Source: a virus. Taken from it: a stretch of DNA of 64,000 bases. Location: IMG/VR virus record IMGVR_UViG_3300044452_000161. One strand, given 5' to 3'. The notes under the pieces are model-generated. The model did no database searches. It had not been told where the DNA came from and was given only the letters and a program-made list of their open reading frames with translations. Shown here piece by piece: positions 24,988-33,247 of this stretch (position 1 is the stretch's first letter; the number at the start of each line of letters is the position of its first letter). The position numbers and the translations under genes were made by a program.

Positions 24988-25064
24988 GCTGGTCAAGTGT
25001 TGCAGGTGTACACGTGTGGTTGTGGACCACACATAGAAGGGTTCGAGTCCCTCGGCCAGTTCCA
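24988..25064 (+). tRNA. tRNA-His(GTG), no G-1, U73
   Basis: loop TT-GTG-GA; base before position 1 is T; T-CCA end. Confidence 0.82.
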
Positions 25065-25085
25065 ATGAATTGTAACGACAGGAGT

Positions 25086-25136
25086 ATGTCTATGCCCAGG
25101 AAAGGCAAAGGCTACGGCAAAGGTAAGAAGAAATAG
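25086..25136 (+). CDS. 16 aa basic micropeptide MSMPRKGKGYGKGKKK
   Basis: AGGAG RBS; fills gap between two tRNAs. Confidence 0.45.
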   Translation: MSMPRKGKGYGKGKKK

Positions 25137-25211
25137 GCCCTACGCGCGTCTGGTGATGCGACCCGGCTGTCTACCGGGTGAGGGTGGGTTCGATTCCCCC
25201 TAGGGTCGCCA
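25136..25211 (+). tRNA. tRNA-Asp(GTC)
   Basis: CCCGG-CTGTCTA-CCGGG, G73-CCA. Confidence 0.85.
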
Positions 25212-25230
25212 CAAAACGCGGAGGGAGGCC

Positions 25231-25581
25231 ATGATTGTTCTGATCACTGGTGATCGAGACTACCGAAATCAACGTGAAATGTGGGCCGTTCTTGATCGTG
25301 TCCATGCACAGCAACCGTTTAGCTACTTAGTTCACGGTGATCAAAGTGGCGCTGATCAAATGTCCCATCGATGGGCCAAGAAACGGGGCGTTCCGCCTGT
25401 GGCAATGGAAGCACTGCGGGACGTTGAAGGACCAGATGCTGGACCAATTCGAAACGGCAGAATGTTAGAGTTCGCAAAGCCTTATCTGGTTATTGCTTTC
25501 AGCGGAGGTCGAGGGACCAACAATATGATTAAACAGGCGGTAGACAAGGGTATCCCTGTAATCGACGTGGAGGACTTATGA
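25231..25581 (+). CDS. SLOG-family (DUF2493-like) protein
   Basis: LITGDRDY, VHGDQSGAD, GPIRNGRML, AFSGGRGTNNMI motifs. Confidence 0.85.
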   Translation: MIVLITGDRDYRNQREMWAVLDRVHAQQPFSYLVHGDQSGADQMSHRWAKKRGVPPVAMEALRDVEGPDAGPIRNGRMLEFAKPYLVIAFSGGRGTNNMIKQAVDKGIPVIDVEDL

Positions 25582-26021
25582 CCTTTGGATTTACGCAGTT
25601 TAGTGTGGCGGTGACGTTGGGAACAGTTTTGGGTTTTGGATACCTCCAAGGACAAAGCACATTCCCTGCCGCAAAGCCTTATGAGAATGCTGCCGTAAAA
25701 TCCTTTGAACAGACAGATAGTGGGTACGACTTTGTAGCCAGTTTTCGTCAAACAACATGCGAACTCGTTCGCCTGGGTGTAAGGGGAGATGATTTCGGTA
25801 TTTGGAAAGAAATCAAATTCTCGCACAACGATGACGAAGAAGATCGCGTAAAGGGCTGGGAAATCATCGACATATCTCTTGACGTTCCAGAACACGATTA
25901 TGACGTCATTGAAATCCGCATGAGACATCTCTGCGACGATGCATTTGTAGACAGCGTTCTTGCGGCGTGGGACGTCAGCAACGAACAAATAACATCCTTG
26001 GGCCAGCGGAACTGGTGGTGA
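25578..26021 (+). CDS. hypothetical protein with N-terminal membrane anchor
   Basis: 147 aa; 3' end overlaps tRNA-Arg-like gene. Confidence 0.7.
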   Translation: MTFGFTQFSVAVTLGTVLGFGYLQGQSTFPAAKPYENAAVKSFEQTDSGYDFVASFRQTTCELVRLGVRGDDFGIWKEIKFSHNDDEEDRVKGWEIIDISLDVPEHDYDVIEIRMRHLCDDAFVDSVLAAWDVSNEQITSLGQRNWW

Positions 26022-26068
26022 GCTTGCGAAGCTCGCTTACGAAGGTTCGACTCCTTCCCTGAGGGCCA
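25996..26068 (+). tRNA. tRNA-Arg(GCG), atypical D arm
   Basis: TGAGC-TTGCGAA-GCTCG arm, GAAGG-TTCGACT-CCTTC T arm, G-CCA. Confidence 0.65.
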
Positions 26069-26078
26069 CCATTAATAT

Positions 26079-26154
26079 GCGGGCTTAGCTCAATCGGTAG
26101 AGCGCCACCTTGCCAAGGTGGAGGTAGCGGGATCGTAACCCGCAGTCCGCTCCA
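26079..26154 (+). tRNA. tRNA-Gly(GCC)
   Basis: cloverleaf, U73-CCA. Confidence 0.92.
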
Positions 26155-26163
26155 ACTATCTGT

Positions 26164-26237
26164 TGGGATGTAGCCAAGTGGTAAGGCAAGAGGCTTTGGT
26201 CCTCTGATCGGCGGTTCGAATCCTCCCATCCCAACCA
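26164..26237 (+). tRNA. tRNA-Gln(TTG)
   Basis: cloverleaf, T1-A72, CCA. Confidence 0.9.
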
Positions 26238-26244
26238 ACCTTTC

Positions 26245-26318
26245 GCGGGCGTAGCTCAGTGGTAGAGCATCGGGTTTCCACCCCGTGTGCGTGAGTTCGA
26301 TCCTCATCGTCCGCTCCA
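26245..26318 (+). tRNA. tRNA-Gly(TCC)
   Basis: cloverleaf, U73-CCA. Confidence 0.9.
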
Positions 26319-26459
26319 ACAAAATAAGTCGACTTAGTCGACTTCGAGTTCCTCCTTGAGCCAAGGCACGATTGGCTATGACGGGATGGATAGGTAGCCC
26401 CTCAGGCTCGGGTAGGACCGTAACATCCTCGCGTGGTTCCACGGTAAGAGCCACATTTT

Positions 26460-26535
26460 TGTGGCGTAGCTCAGTTGGTAGAGCGCCGAGCCGATAACTC
26501 GGAGGTCGTGGGATCGTGACCCACCGCCACAACCA
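26460..26535 (+). tRNA. tRNA-Ile(GAT)
   Basis: cloverleaf, CCA. Confidence 0.92.
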
Positions 26536-26543
26536 GGTTTTTT

Positions 26544-26630
26544 GCGGATGTGGCGGAATTGGCAGACGCGCTAGGCTTAGGTCCTAGTGTCCCTCGTGAC
26601 GTGGAGGTTCGACCCCTCTCATCCGTACCA
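26544..26630 (+). tRNA. tRNA-Leu(TAG)
   Basis: type II cloverleaf, A73-CCA. Confidence 0.92.
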
Positions 26631-26637
26631 TTATTTT

Positions 26638-26714
26638 GCGGTCGTGGCGAAATGGTAAACGCAGCAGGCTTAAACCCTGTACATCTGCGGGTTCGACCCC
26701 CGCCGACCGTACCA
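26638..26714 (+). tRNA. tRNA-Leu(TAA) with short variable region
   Basis: Leu-type D arm, loop CT-TAA-AC, 6-nt variable loop. Confidence 0.85.
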
Positions 26715-26715
26715 T

Positions 26716-26790
26716 GGTCCTGTAGCTCAGTGGTAGAGCGGGGCGCTCATAACGCTTTGGTCGCAGGTTCGATCCCTGCCGGGACCACCA
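26716..26790 (+). tRNA. tRNA-Ile2(CAT)-like
   Basis: body resembles bacterial lysidine-modified Ile2 tRNA; loop CT-CAT-AA. Confidence 0.8.
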
Positions 26791-26797
26791 AGGAAAT

Positions 26798-26873
26798 GCT
26801 GTCATAGCTCAGTTGGTAGAGCAGCGAACTTGTAATTCGAAGGCCCGGGGTTCGATCCCTCGTGACAGCACCA
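26798..26873 (+). tRNA. tRNA-Thr(TGT)
   Basis: cloverleaf, CCA. Confidence 0.9.
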
Positions 26874-26879
26874 AAACAT

Positions 26880-26965
26880 GTGGGAGTGGCGAAATGGTAG
26901 ACGCGCCAGGTTCAAATTCTGGTGTCCTTAGCGGCGTGCGGGTTCGATCCCCGCTTCCCATACCA
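26880..26965 (+). tRNA. tRNA-Leu(CAA)
   Basis: type II cloverleaf, CCA. Confidence 0.92.
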
Positions 26966-26971
26966 ATCAAT

Positions 26972-27058
26972 GGAAAGTGAACTCAGCGGGTGCTGGGGAC
27001 TGGTTGCTAACCAGATCGGACTTTAGGGTCTGGGGATCGAGACCTCCTCTTTCCGCCA
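26972..27058 (+). tRNA. tRNA-Ser(GCT)
   Basis: type II cloverleaf, G73-CCA. Confidence 0.9.
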
Positions 27059-27059
27059 T

Positions 27060-27146
27060 GGACAGTAAACTGGGGAGGTCCCCGGGACCGCCTTGAAAGC
27101 GGAGCGCACATTCGTGTGTGGGGTTCGAGTCCTCTGCTGTCTGCCA
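27060..27146 (+). tRNA. tRNA-Ser(TGA)
   Basis: type II cloverleaf, G73-CCA. Confidence 0.9.
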
Positions 27147-27152
27147 AATCTT

Positions 27153-27229
27153 GGACCGGTAGCTCAGTTGGTCAGAGCGGTTGACTTTTAATCTTCGCGT
27201 CGGGGGTTCAAATCCCTCCCGGTTCACCA
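27153..27229 (+). tRNA. tRNA-Lys(TTT)
   Basis: loop CT-TTT-AA; two T-T mismatches in anticodon stem; CCA. Confidence 0.85.
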
Positions 27230-27556
27230 ACCTGTTTCGTTCTTCTCTAAACAGAACTCACCGATGTATTTTCGAAATGAATCCGTTAGTTCTTTTTTCT
27301 CGGAATCTACGAATAGAACGGGTTGATTGTAAGCTACGTGGACGACAGTGCGAAGAATAGTTTCTCTAAGGTCGTCTCCACCAGATTGGATGGACACCGA
27401 CTTCATAACATCTTCTTTGGGATGCATTGACTGACGTGTTACCATGATCTGTTCAGCAACATTGACGAGATCGGCACAGTTAATCTGCACTTCGTCAGCG
27501 TAGACGGGAAACCCAAAAAGAACTCCCGATATGGATGCGATAACCGTGTTTCTCAC
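27224..27556 (-). CDS. putative secreted hypothetical protein
   Basis: GTG start 27556 with GGAG RBS; signal-peptide-like VIASISGVLFGFPVYA; antisense to tRNA cluster. Confidence 0.65.
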   Translation of the reverse strand: MRNTVIASISGVLFGFPVYADEVQINCADLVNVAEQIMVTRQSMHPKEDVMKSVSIQSGGDDLRETILRTVVHVAYNQPVLFVDSEKKELTDSFRKYIGEFCLEKNETGW

Positions 27557-27631
27557 CGTTTCTTCTCCCTTTTGATATATGGTTACATATCTAACCATCA
27601 TTTTGATACATTCAAATATATCAGCGAATAC

Positions 27632-27707
27632 GCTTCCGTAGCTCAGTGGACAGAGCGCCGGTCTTCTACACCGGGCGTCGTGGGTTCGAATCCTACCGGG
27701 AGTACCA
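27632..27707 (+). tRNA. tRNA-Arg(TCT)
   Basis: cloverleaf, CCA. Confidence 0.92.
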
Positions 27708-27714
27708 TTTTCAT

Positions 27715-27789
27715 ATGAGTGTAGCTCAGGGGTAGAGCAGCGGTCTCCAAAACCGCGTGTCGGGGGTTCGAATCCCTCCACTCATGCCA
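27715..27789 (+). tRNA. tRNA-Trp(CCA)
   Basis: cloverleaf, G73-CCA. Confidence 0.92.
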
Positions 27790-27851
27790 ATTGGGTACCT
27801 TCTGAGTTGTAGAAGGCTAAGCCGCCCGGCTGAAAGCGGGCAGGGCCTTTT

Positions 27852-27928
27852 GCTGTCGTAGCTCAGGTGGTTAGAGCGCGTTCTTGGTATGGACGAGGTC
27901 ATTGGTTCGAAACCAGTCGACAGCACCA
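27852..27928 (+). tRNA. tRNA-Thr(GGT)
   Basis: cloverleaf, CCA. Confidence 0.9.
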
Positions 27929-28026
27929 AGTTATCCACAGTAATGTTCGCTCTATGTTCTTGTCGAATCGTTCCAGAAATGGCATGTAAGAATTGCTAGC
28001 GTCGAGCCGCTCGGCTCCGCGACACA

Positions 28027-28218
28027 ATGCGTAAACGGTATGACATTGAGGGCGACCTTTCATTGGTTACAGCCCGCCTGCACGAGCTAGCGATATGCGG
28101 CATCGATGCAGGGAATTTGAATGATATTCGCCGCCTTACTGAGGCGGTGAATACGCTTGTAAGAGAAGCGGACATGTATGCTCCGCAAATCATTAATTTT
28201 CCTGCCGATGGAAGGTGA
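28027..28218 (+). CDS. hypothetical protein
   Basis: 63 aa. Confidence 0.55.
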   Translation: MRKRYDIEGDLSLVTARLHELAICGIDAGNLNDIRRLTEAVNTLVREADMYAPQIINFPADGR

Positions 28219-28296
28219 ACTCAGTAGGTACTGAGGCTCGCTTCGAAAGCGATGCGGACTTTCGAGTCTGGGGATCGAGACCTCCGCCTTCTGCCA
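28210..28296 (+). tRNA. tRNA-Ser(CGA)
   Basis: type II cloverleaf, G73-CCA. Confidence 0.88.
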
Positions 28297-28319
28297 TACC
28301 GACACCGAAGGAGTTCAAC

Positions 28320-28709
28320 ATGAGTGAACCAACTCTCTACATTTTGATGCGCACTGATCTCGAATCTATGAATCCAGGTAAGGGGATGGCGCAAGCAGCC
28401 CACGCAGCAAATCAATTCGTTCACGAGTATTCCAAGCTTTCAGAATTTGGTGACTGGGCAAAACAAGCAGAGGGTTTTGGGACAACCATCGTACTAGGTG
28501 GAGGTAATGAAGAAGATATTGCGAGAGTGGCCTCAGACTGCGCTTACCGAGAAGGTTTTGTGGCTGGACTGGTTCGCGATCCAACTTATCCGGTCAAAGA
28601 CGGGGAGGCCGTTCACCTAATCAGTCTGGTGACATGTGCATACGTTTTCACGCCATGCCGGATCACAAACCCAGTCCACGAACTTCAGGACTTGTGCCTA
28701 CATCATTGA
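28320..28709 (+). CDS. pth2: peptidyl-tRNA hydrolase type 2
   Basis: LYILMRTDLESMNPGKGMAQAAHAA, GTTIVL, VRDPTY motifs; AAGGAG RBS at true start 28320. Confidence 0.85.
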   Translation: MSEPTLYILMRTDLESMNPGKGMAQAAHAANQFVHEYSKLSEFGDWAKQAEGFGTTIVLGGGNEEDIARVASDCAYREGFVAGLVRDPTYPVKDGEAVHLISLVTCAYVFTPCRITNPVHELQDLCLHH

Positions 28710-28722
28710 AAGGAGTTTTGTG

Positions 28723-29214
28723 ATGTTGCGAGAAAAGAAAGTACAAGAAATCAAAGAGTACCTGACATCGGTCTCGATGGAGTCCAAGGTGTATATCGGG
28801 TGCGATAGCTCGCGTCATCGCAACAAGCAGGATGAATGGTTCGCGTCTTATACAACGGCGGTCGTTGTGCATATCAACAACTCGAACGGTTGTCGTGTGT
28901 TCTGTGATACCGAAGTTTTGAGAGACTATGACCAAAGAGAGGATCGACCAGCCCTCCGAATGATGAACGAAGCCTATAAAGCTGTTGAAGCATACGAGCA
29001 GCTTGAGGAAGAACTCATCGACCGAGATGTTGAAGTACACTTGGACATCAACGCGGACCCTAAGCACGGATCAAACTGCGCTCTAGGGGCTGCCAGAGGC
29101 ATTGTACTCGGCTCTACGGGACGACCTGTAAGGGTTAAGCCTGATGCTTTCGCAGCTTCGTACGCTGCAGACCATGGCGTTAGACAAGGCTTCAACCGCC
29201 GTAGAGCGGCTTAA
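28723..29214 (+). CDS. RNase H-like (YkuK-type) protein
   Basis: VYIGCDS, TAVVVH, RMMNEA, EVHLDIN, KPDAFAASYAAD motifs; AGGAG RBS. Confidence 0.85.
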   Translation: MLREKKVQEIKEYLTSVSMESKVYIGCDSSRHRNKQDEWFASYTTAVVVHINNSNGCRVFCDTEVLRDYDQREDRPALRMMNEAYKAVEAYEQLEEELIDRDVEVHLDINADPKHGSNCALGAARGIVLGSTGRPVRVKPDAFAASYAADHGVRQGFNRRRAA

Positions 29215-29228
29215 GGCCAACAAAAAAT

Positions 29229-29315
29229 GGACGGTGAACTGATCAGGTGATCAGCATCGCTTGGAAAGCGATTGGGGCCAACGAGCCTGGGGATCGAGAC
29301 CTCCGCCCTCCGCCA
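29229..29315 (+). tRNA. tRNA-Ser(GGA)
   Basis: type II cloverleaf, G73-CCA. Confidence 0.9.
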
Positions 29316-29539
29316 TTTGTGTTTTCAGAATAGATTTACTGGCTATCGGAATCACTTAGATTTCGGCAGTCTGTAGGCAACGCCACGGCACTTCGTGCGA
29401 TCACACACGCACATCCTTCGTGGTGCAGTAAGTTGGCGGCTATCCATGATCAACGATATAACATCAAAACACTACATGTAGTTGTTCATTAAAACATCCT
29501 TAGCTGCTATTGTGTTAACCGAGCAGTAAGGTCGGCATA

Positions 29540-30235
29540 ATGCTGGAAGACAGTATATCGAAGTTAGGTCTACTCGCGCTATCGAGAGTGGCGCGCCAAG
29601 GCCTATCTGTACGTGCCACAGAAGATATTGAGTTGTTTGAGGCATCTCTCCGAGACATCGGGAAGAAAGAAAACTACCCGATGTTGTCCCCAAGGTGGCA
29701 GGAGATACCCAAGGGGCATGCTTTCGGGCTTATCTTAAGCGATCCTGACGGAAATGTTATCGGAGGTGTCGCGGCACGTTATGTTGACCTTGGTAAAGGC
29801 ACATTGGCTGATCATATCAAGTCGACGTACAAACGCATTTACGGCGGTGGCGTACGAGACGCTGTAGAAGTACGTGTCGAGATCGCATACGAGGTGAGAG
29901 GCACTGTTGTTTATCTGGGTGAGCTTTATCTAGATAAGAATTGGCAGCGTGGTCGAGTAAACACTTCGGCACTGTTGTTTTACATGCAGTATCTTTGTGT
30001 GATGAAGTGGCGACCTGATTACCTATACGGATTCATACGTAACAAAGGCATCCACAGAAGCCCGTGGTATGGTTTCTCCAATCAGACGCATGGCTCTGTG
30101 CAATGGTTGGTAGACGTCTCTGATAGAGGCGAAGAAGAGTGTTTGGTCATTTCTCGACCGGCAGACTTGGCATCTGCCGGTGACCATTTCTTCACTCACA
30201 AAGACGAATTTCCTAAATCGGAAAGCAATAGCTAA
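29540..30235 (+). CDS. GNAT-fold / N-acyltransferase-like protein
   Basis: VVYLGELYLDKNWQRG...LL...W.PDYLYGF resembles GNAT motif A/B layout; weak. Confidence 0.5.
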   Translation: MLEDSISKLGLLALSRVARQGLSVRATEDIELFEASLRDIGKKENYPMLSPRWQEIPKGHAFGLILSDPDGNVIGGVAARYVDLGKGTLADHIKSTYKRIYGGGVRDAVEVRVEIAYEVRGTVVYLGELYLDKNWQRGRVNTSALLFYMQYLCVMKWRPDYLYGFIRNKGIHRSPWYGFSNQTHGSVQWLVDVSDRGEEECLVISRPADLASAGDHFFTHKDEFPKSESNS

Positions 30236-30977
30236 GGATGAACCTGTTTCCATTTGGTGTGTGACCAGGCAATTGTATACGCATGAAATCCACACCATGA
30301 GTGATGTCCAGGTCATAGTCTGAGGCGATTGTTGCTCTCAGAGGTTGGCTGAACACCGGTACCTCAGACAAAGACGCAACATAGTATGTTTTCGCCAACT
30401 CTCGTTGATCATTGGCAGTCATCTTGTCGATCACACGGGAACGAAAGTCGTTCGTGTCAGTTGAGTTTAACTCCATCGAAGCCATGCTTAGAGGACCCAT
30501 TCGCATAGGCACAACTGTTTCGTCTTTCTCCTTTGGAATACCAATCCAATCGAATGCTTGTTCTACCTTGTTGTCTCCGAGTAACAGTCCTCTAGTCGAA
30601 TACCACCAAGAAATAACATCTCCAGGGCCGGGACGGCTGCCTTGCACAGATAACCGTGTTTGAACGATTCCAAGAATCTCCTGAATGATCTTTGTGGTTT
30701 GTTCCTCGACCATGCCTCCCTTCGGCTGCAGATGCGATGAGACTGACACAGTACCAGAACCGGACATAAGCTCTTCCATAGAGCTTCCTGTTACCTCTGA
30801 TACTATCTTTAGTGTCGTCGCACTGGGCGTAGGAACCCTTGCGTTTGAGTTACGCGCTTTTGAAAAAATCTGTGAAAAGTAACCGTCTTCCTTCCCGCAA
30901 GCACGGCTAACTGTTGTGTTGGAGACTCCCTTCGTTCGGAAGATAGACTCCCATCTCAATAATACATTTCTATCCAT
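30213..30977 (-). CDS. HTH regulator with C-terminal putative ligand-binding domain
   Basis: N-terminal VSNTTVSRACGKEDGYFSQIF...PSATTLKIVSEVTGSSMEEL is XRE-like; C-terminal about 150 aa alpha/beta domain. Confidence 0.6.
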   Translation of the reverse strand: MDRNVLLRWESIFRTKGVSNTTVSRACGKEDGYFSQIFSKARNSNARVPTPSATTLKIVSEVTGSSMEELMSGSGTVSVSSHLQPKGGMVEEQTTKIIQEILGIVQTRLSVQGSRPGPGDVISWWYSTRGLLLGDNKVEQAFDWIGIPKEKDETVVPMRMGPLSMASMELNSTDTNDFRSRVIDKMTANDQRELAKTYYVASLSEVPVFSQPLRATIASDYDLDITHGVDFMRIQLPGHTPNGNRFILSYCFPI

Positions 30978-31181
30978 GCCAAGGTTGTAGCACTTTGGAT
31001 ATATCCAAGCAATACCTATTTATAGTTGACCATTTTCGCGCATCGCAGCATAAAGGAATCAATCGGAGATAGGTAAAACTTGTCTGGGGGATTTTGATTG
31101 AGAAAGATGGTCTTTCTCAGGGGGATTTTTCAGACATCCTGCGTGCTGGTGGGTTCTTTGGATTAGGTATGGAGTTCCTTA

Positions 31182-31472
31182 GTGACTAACTTGACTACAA
31201 CTGTGCTTCTTTCAACAGAGTTCGTACGCACTGAAACGCAGGATTCTGAAGGAAATCAAAACGTCCAATACACACTGGAAAAAAGTACACCCTTTGGTCG
31301 ACTTTCTTCAACAGCAAATGTGTGCCGCAAGGTCTATGAAAGTGCAGGGGCAGCACAGATGGACGGAAAAATTTTTGTGCAGCTTGCTGAGCGATTGAAT
31401 GCGGAAGAGACGAACATGTTGGTGATGTATTCAGCAAATACGCAGTTCGGACTCGATCAAATGATCGCATAG
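31182..31472 (+). CDS. hypothetical protein
   Basis: 96 aa, GTG start with GGAG upstream. Confidence 0.6.
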   Translation: MTNLTTTVLLSTEFVRTETQDSEGNQNVQYTLEKSTPFGRLSSTANVCRKVYESAGAAQMDGKIFVQLAERLNAEETNMLVMYSANTQFGLDQMIA

Positions 31473-31519
31473 ATAATCACGTGGAGCGGCGTCACAAAGG
31501 TTGACGTCGCTACCCAAAT

Positions 31520-31536
31520 TGTCACAAATATTGACA
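31520..31536. promoter_or_regulatory. TGTCA-N7-TGACA operator-like palindrome upstream of portal
   Basis: TGTCACAAATATTGACA; right half is TTGACA. Confidence 0.6.
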
Positions 31537-31579
31537 TCCGCCCCCCTATCCAGTAGATTTTGAGAAGATTACATAGGCC

Positions 31580-33247
31580 TTGTGGCTGTCCTCAAATCTG
31601 CCGTTAGGGCGACCTTTATCCGTGACAACAGTACTTAATCCGAAGGCGAAAGCCATTGCCGACGCCGTGTACGCGTCCTCTCCAGCCGTGCATCCTGACT
31701 ATGTCTACTGGTCCCCGGTGTGGCAGATGATCCGGGACGCTGAGATCGGAGAGATTGAAATCAAGCGGAAAGGGCAAACATATTTGCCCAAACTCCAAGG
31801 ACACGACGACAAGCAGTACCTTTCGTACCTGCATCGCGCCGTTTTCTTTAACATGACAGCCAAGACCCTAAGCGCTCTGTACGGAACAATGTTTCGGCGC
31901 AATCCAAAGGTCACTGGTCTGTCTAAAGCGCTTATGCGTCGATCCAAGAAATTCTCCAAAGACGGGATGTCTTTGCACCTGACTGCCAAAACTGCTGCGA
32001 AAGAAGTTTTGTCTGTCGGGCGATTTGGCATGCTTGTAGATGCGGCTCCTTCGGGGCGAGGAGGGGCTTACGTCGCCACGTACACCGCAGAGAACATCAT
32101 TGACTGGAAGATGACTGAAGTGGGAGGCGAGTGGCGCTTCTCTCGCGTTATCCTTCGAGAGATATCGTATGATGATAGCTTTGCGGCAACGATGCATGAG
32201 TTCAAGGTTCGTTACCGAGTTCTTCGTCTTATGCCTGTAGCGGACGGCACCTATGTATACGAACAGCACATATACGAAGACCGTGAACTAACGGGCACAG
32301 TAGACGTAGACGCAGCGCCCGACGATATATTGGTTCCGACCGTTCGTGGTCAAAAATTAGATTACATTCCTTTTGTCATTCTTGGACCGTTCACGAACCA
32401 TCCTGATGTTCAGAAACCACCTATACTCGACATCGTAACACTCAACTTGAGTCACTACTTGTCGTACGCTCAGCTTGAGCAAGGACGCTTCTACACTGCC
32501 AATCCCGTTTACACTGTTTCCAGCGGTGTCGCTGATGACAGCACAGGCGAGTACTATGTTGGACCTGATGTTGTTTGGGAATTGGGCAAAGACGGTAAGG
32601 CCGCAATTCTCGAATTCAATGGTCATGGGCTTAGAACGCTAGAGAACGCACTGGATCAGAAAGAGTCCCAGATATCTGCAATCGGCGGACGTATGATGCC
32701 TGGACACTCTCGTGGAGCCGCTGAATCTGATAACGCGTTGCGTTTGAAAGAGTCCAACGAACAAACGCTGCTCCAAAATCTCTCTGACACCACGGATGAG
32801 GGTTTTACCCAAACAATGAAATGGTGGGCAGACTGGAACAACGAGTCTGTAGATTCAATCGATAACATAGAGTTTGAAGTAAACCGGGACTTCTTGATCC
32901 GGAATGTTGGTGCTCGCGAGTTCCGGGCGATCCATCAAATGTATGCCGATGGTGCAATTCCAGTAGACGTTCTCTATGAGTACCTTCGCCGCGCCGAGGT
33001 TGTTCCAGATTGGATGGAGTTGGACGAGTTTAAGAGGCTTCTGGAAGACTCTAAGCAGTTCCCTAATGTTGTGGACGTTCTGGCAAGAATGAACAACTTC
33101 CCGGACGCAGAGACGATGTTTGAATACATCAACCAGATTCAGAAAAACGGACCTCAGGAAGTTCAACCGGCTGCAAATGATCCGGATGATCCATCAATCC
33201 CTCGACAAGTAACTGATCTACGTTCGGCACAAGCGAGGGGAAGATAA
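31580..33247 (+). CDS. portal protein (DUF4055-type); start uncertain (alternative GTG 31622)
   Basis: YLPKL...YL.RAVFFNMT..TL..L.G, GRFGMLVD, IPFV, PPILDI..LNLSHY motifs; first gene of head module. Confidence 0.9.
   Translation: MWLSSNLPLGRPLSVTTVLNPKAKAIADAVYASSPAVHPDYVYWSPVWQMIRDAEIGEIEIKRKGQTYLPKLQGHDDKQYLSYLHRAVFFNMTAKTLSALYGTMFRRNPKVTGLSKALMRRSKKFSKDGMSLHLTAKTAAKEVLSVGRFGMLVDAAPSGRGGAYVATYTAENIIDWKMTEVGGEWRFSRVILREISYDDSFAATMHEFKVRYRVLRLMPVADGTYVYEQHIYEDRELTGTVDVDAAPDDILVPTVRGQKLDYIPFVILGPFTNHPDVQKPPILDIVTLNLSHYLSYAQLEQGRFYTANPVYTVSSGVADDSTGEYYVGPDVVWELGKDGKAAILEFNGHGLRTLENALDQKESQISAIGGRMMPGHSRGAAESDNALRLKESNEQTLLQNLSDTTDEGFTQTMKWWADWNNESVDSIDNIEFEVNRDFLIRNVGAREFRAIHQMYADGAIPVDVLYEYLRRAEVVPDWMELDEFKRLLEDSKQFPNVVDVLARMNNFPDAETMFEYINQIQKNGPQEVQPAANDPDDPSIPRQVTDLRSAQARGR

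Noticed and set aside
26320-26460. HDV-like (theta) or pistol ribozyme between tRNA-Gly and tRNA-Ile
   Set aside because: TCCTCGCG loop-like sequence and CGTGG/CCACG are present, but P1, P3 and the catalytic C strand could not be completed; the AAGTCGACT-T-AGTCGACTT palindrome may be just a spacer hairpin
16093-29693. Many track ORFs across the tRNA cluster (e.g. 16238-16570, 16689-16877, 17285-17467, 22513-22716, 25975-26532, 26584-26805, 26967-27230, 27726-27938)
   Set aside because: They are translations of tRNA genes or their antisense strands, without RBS
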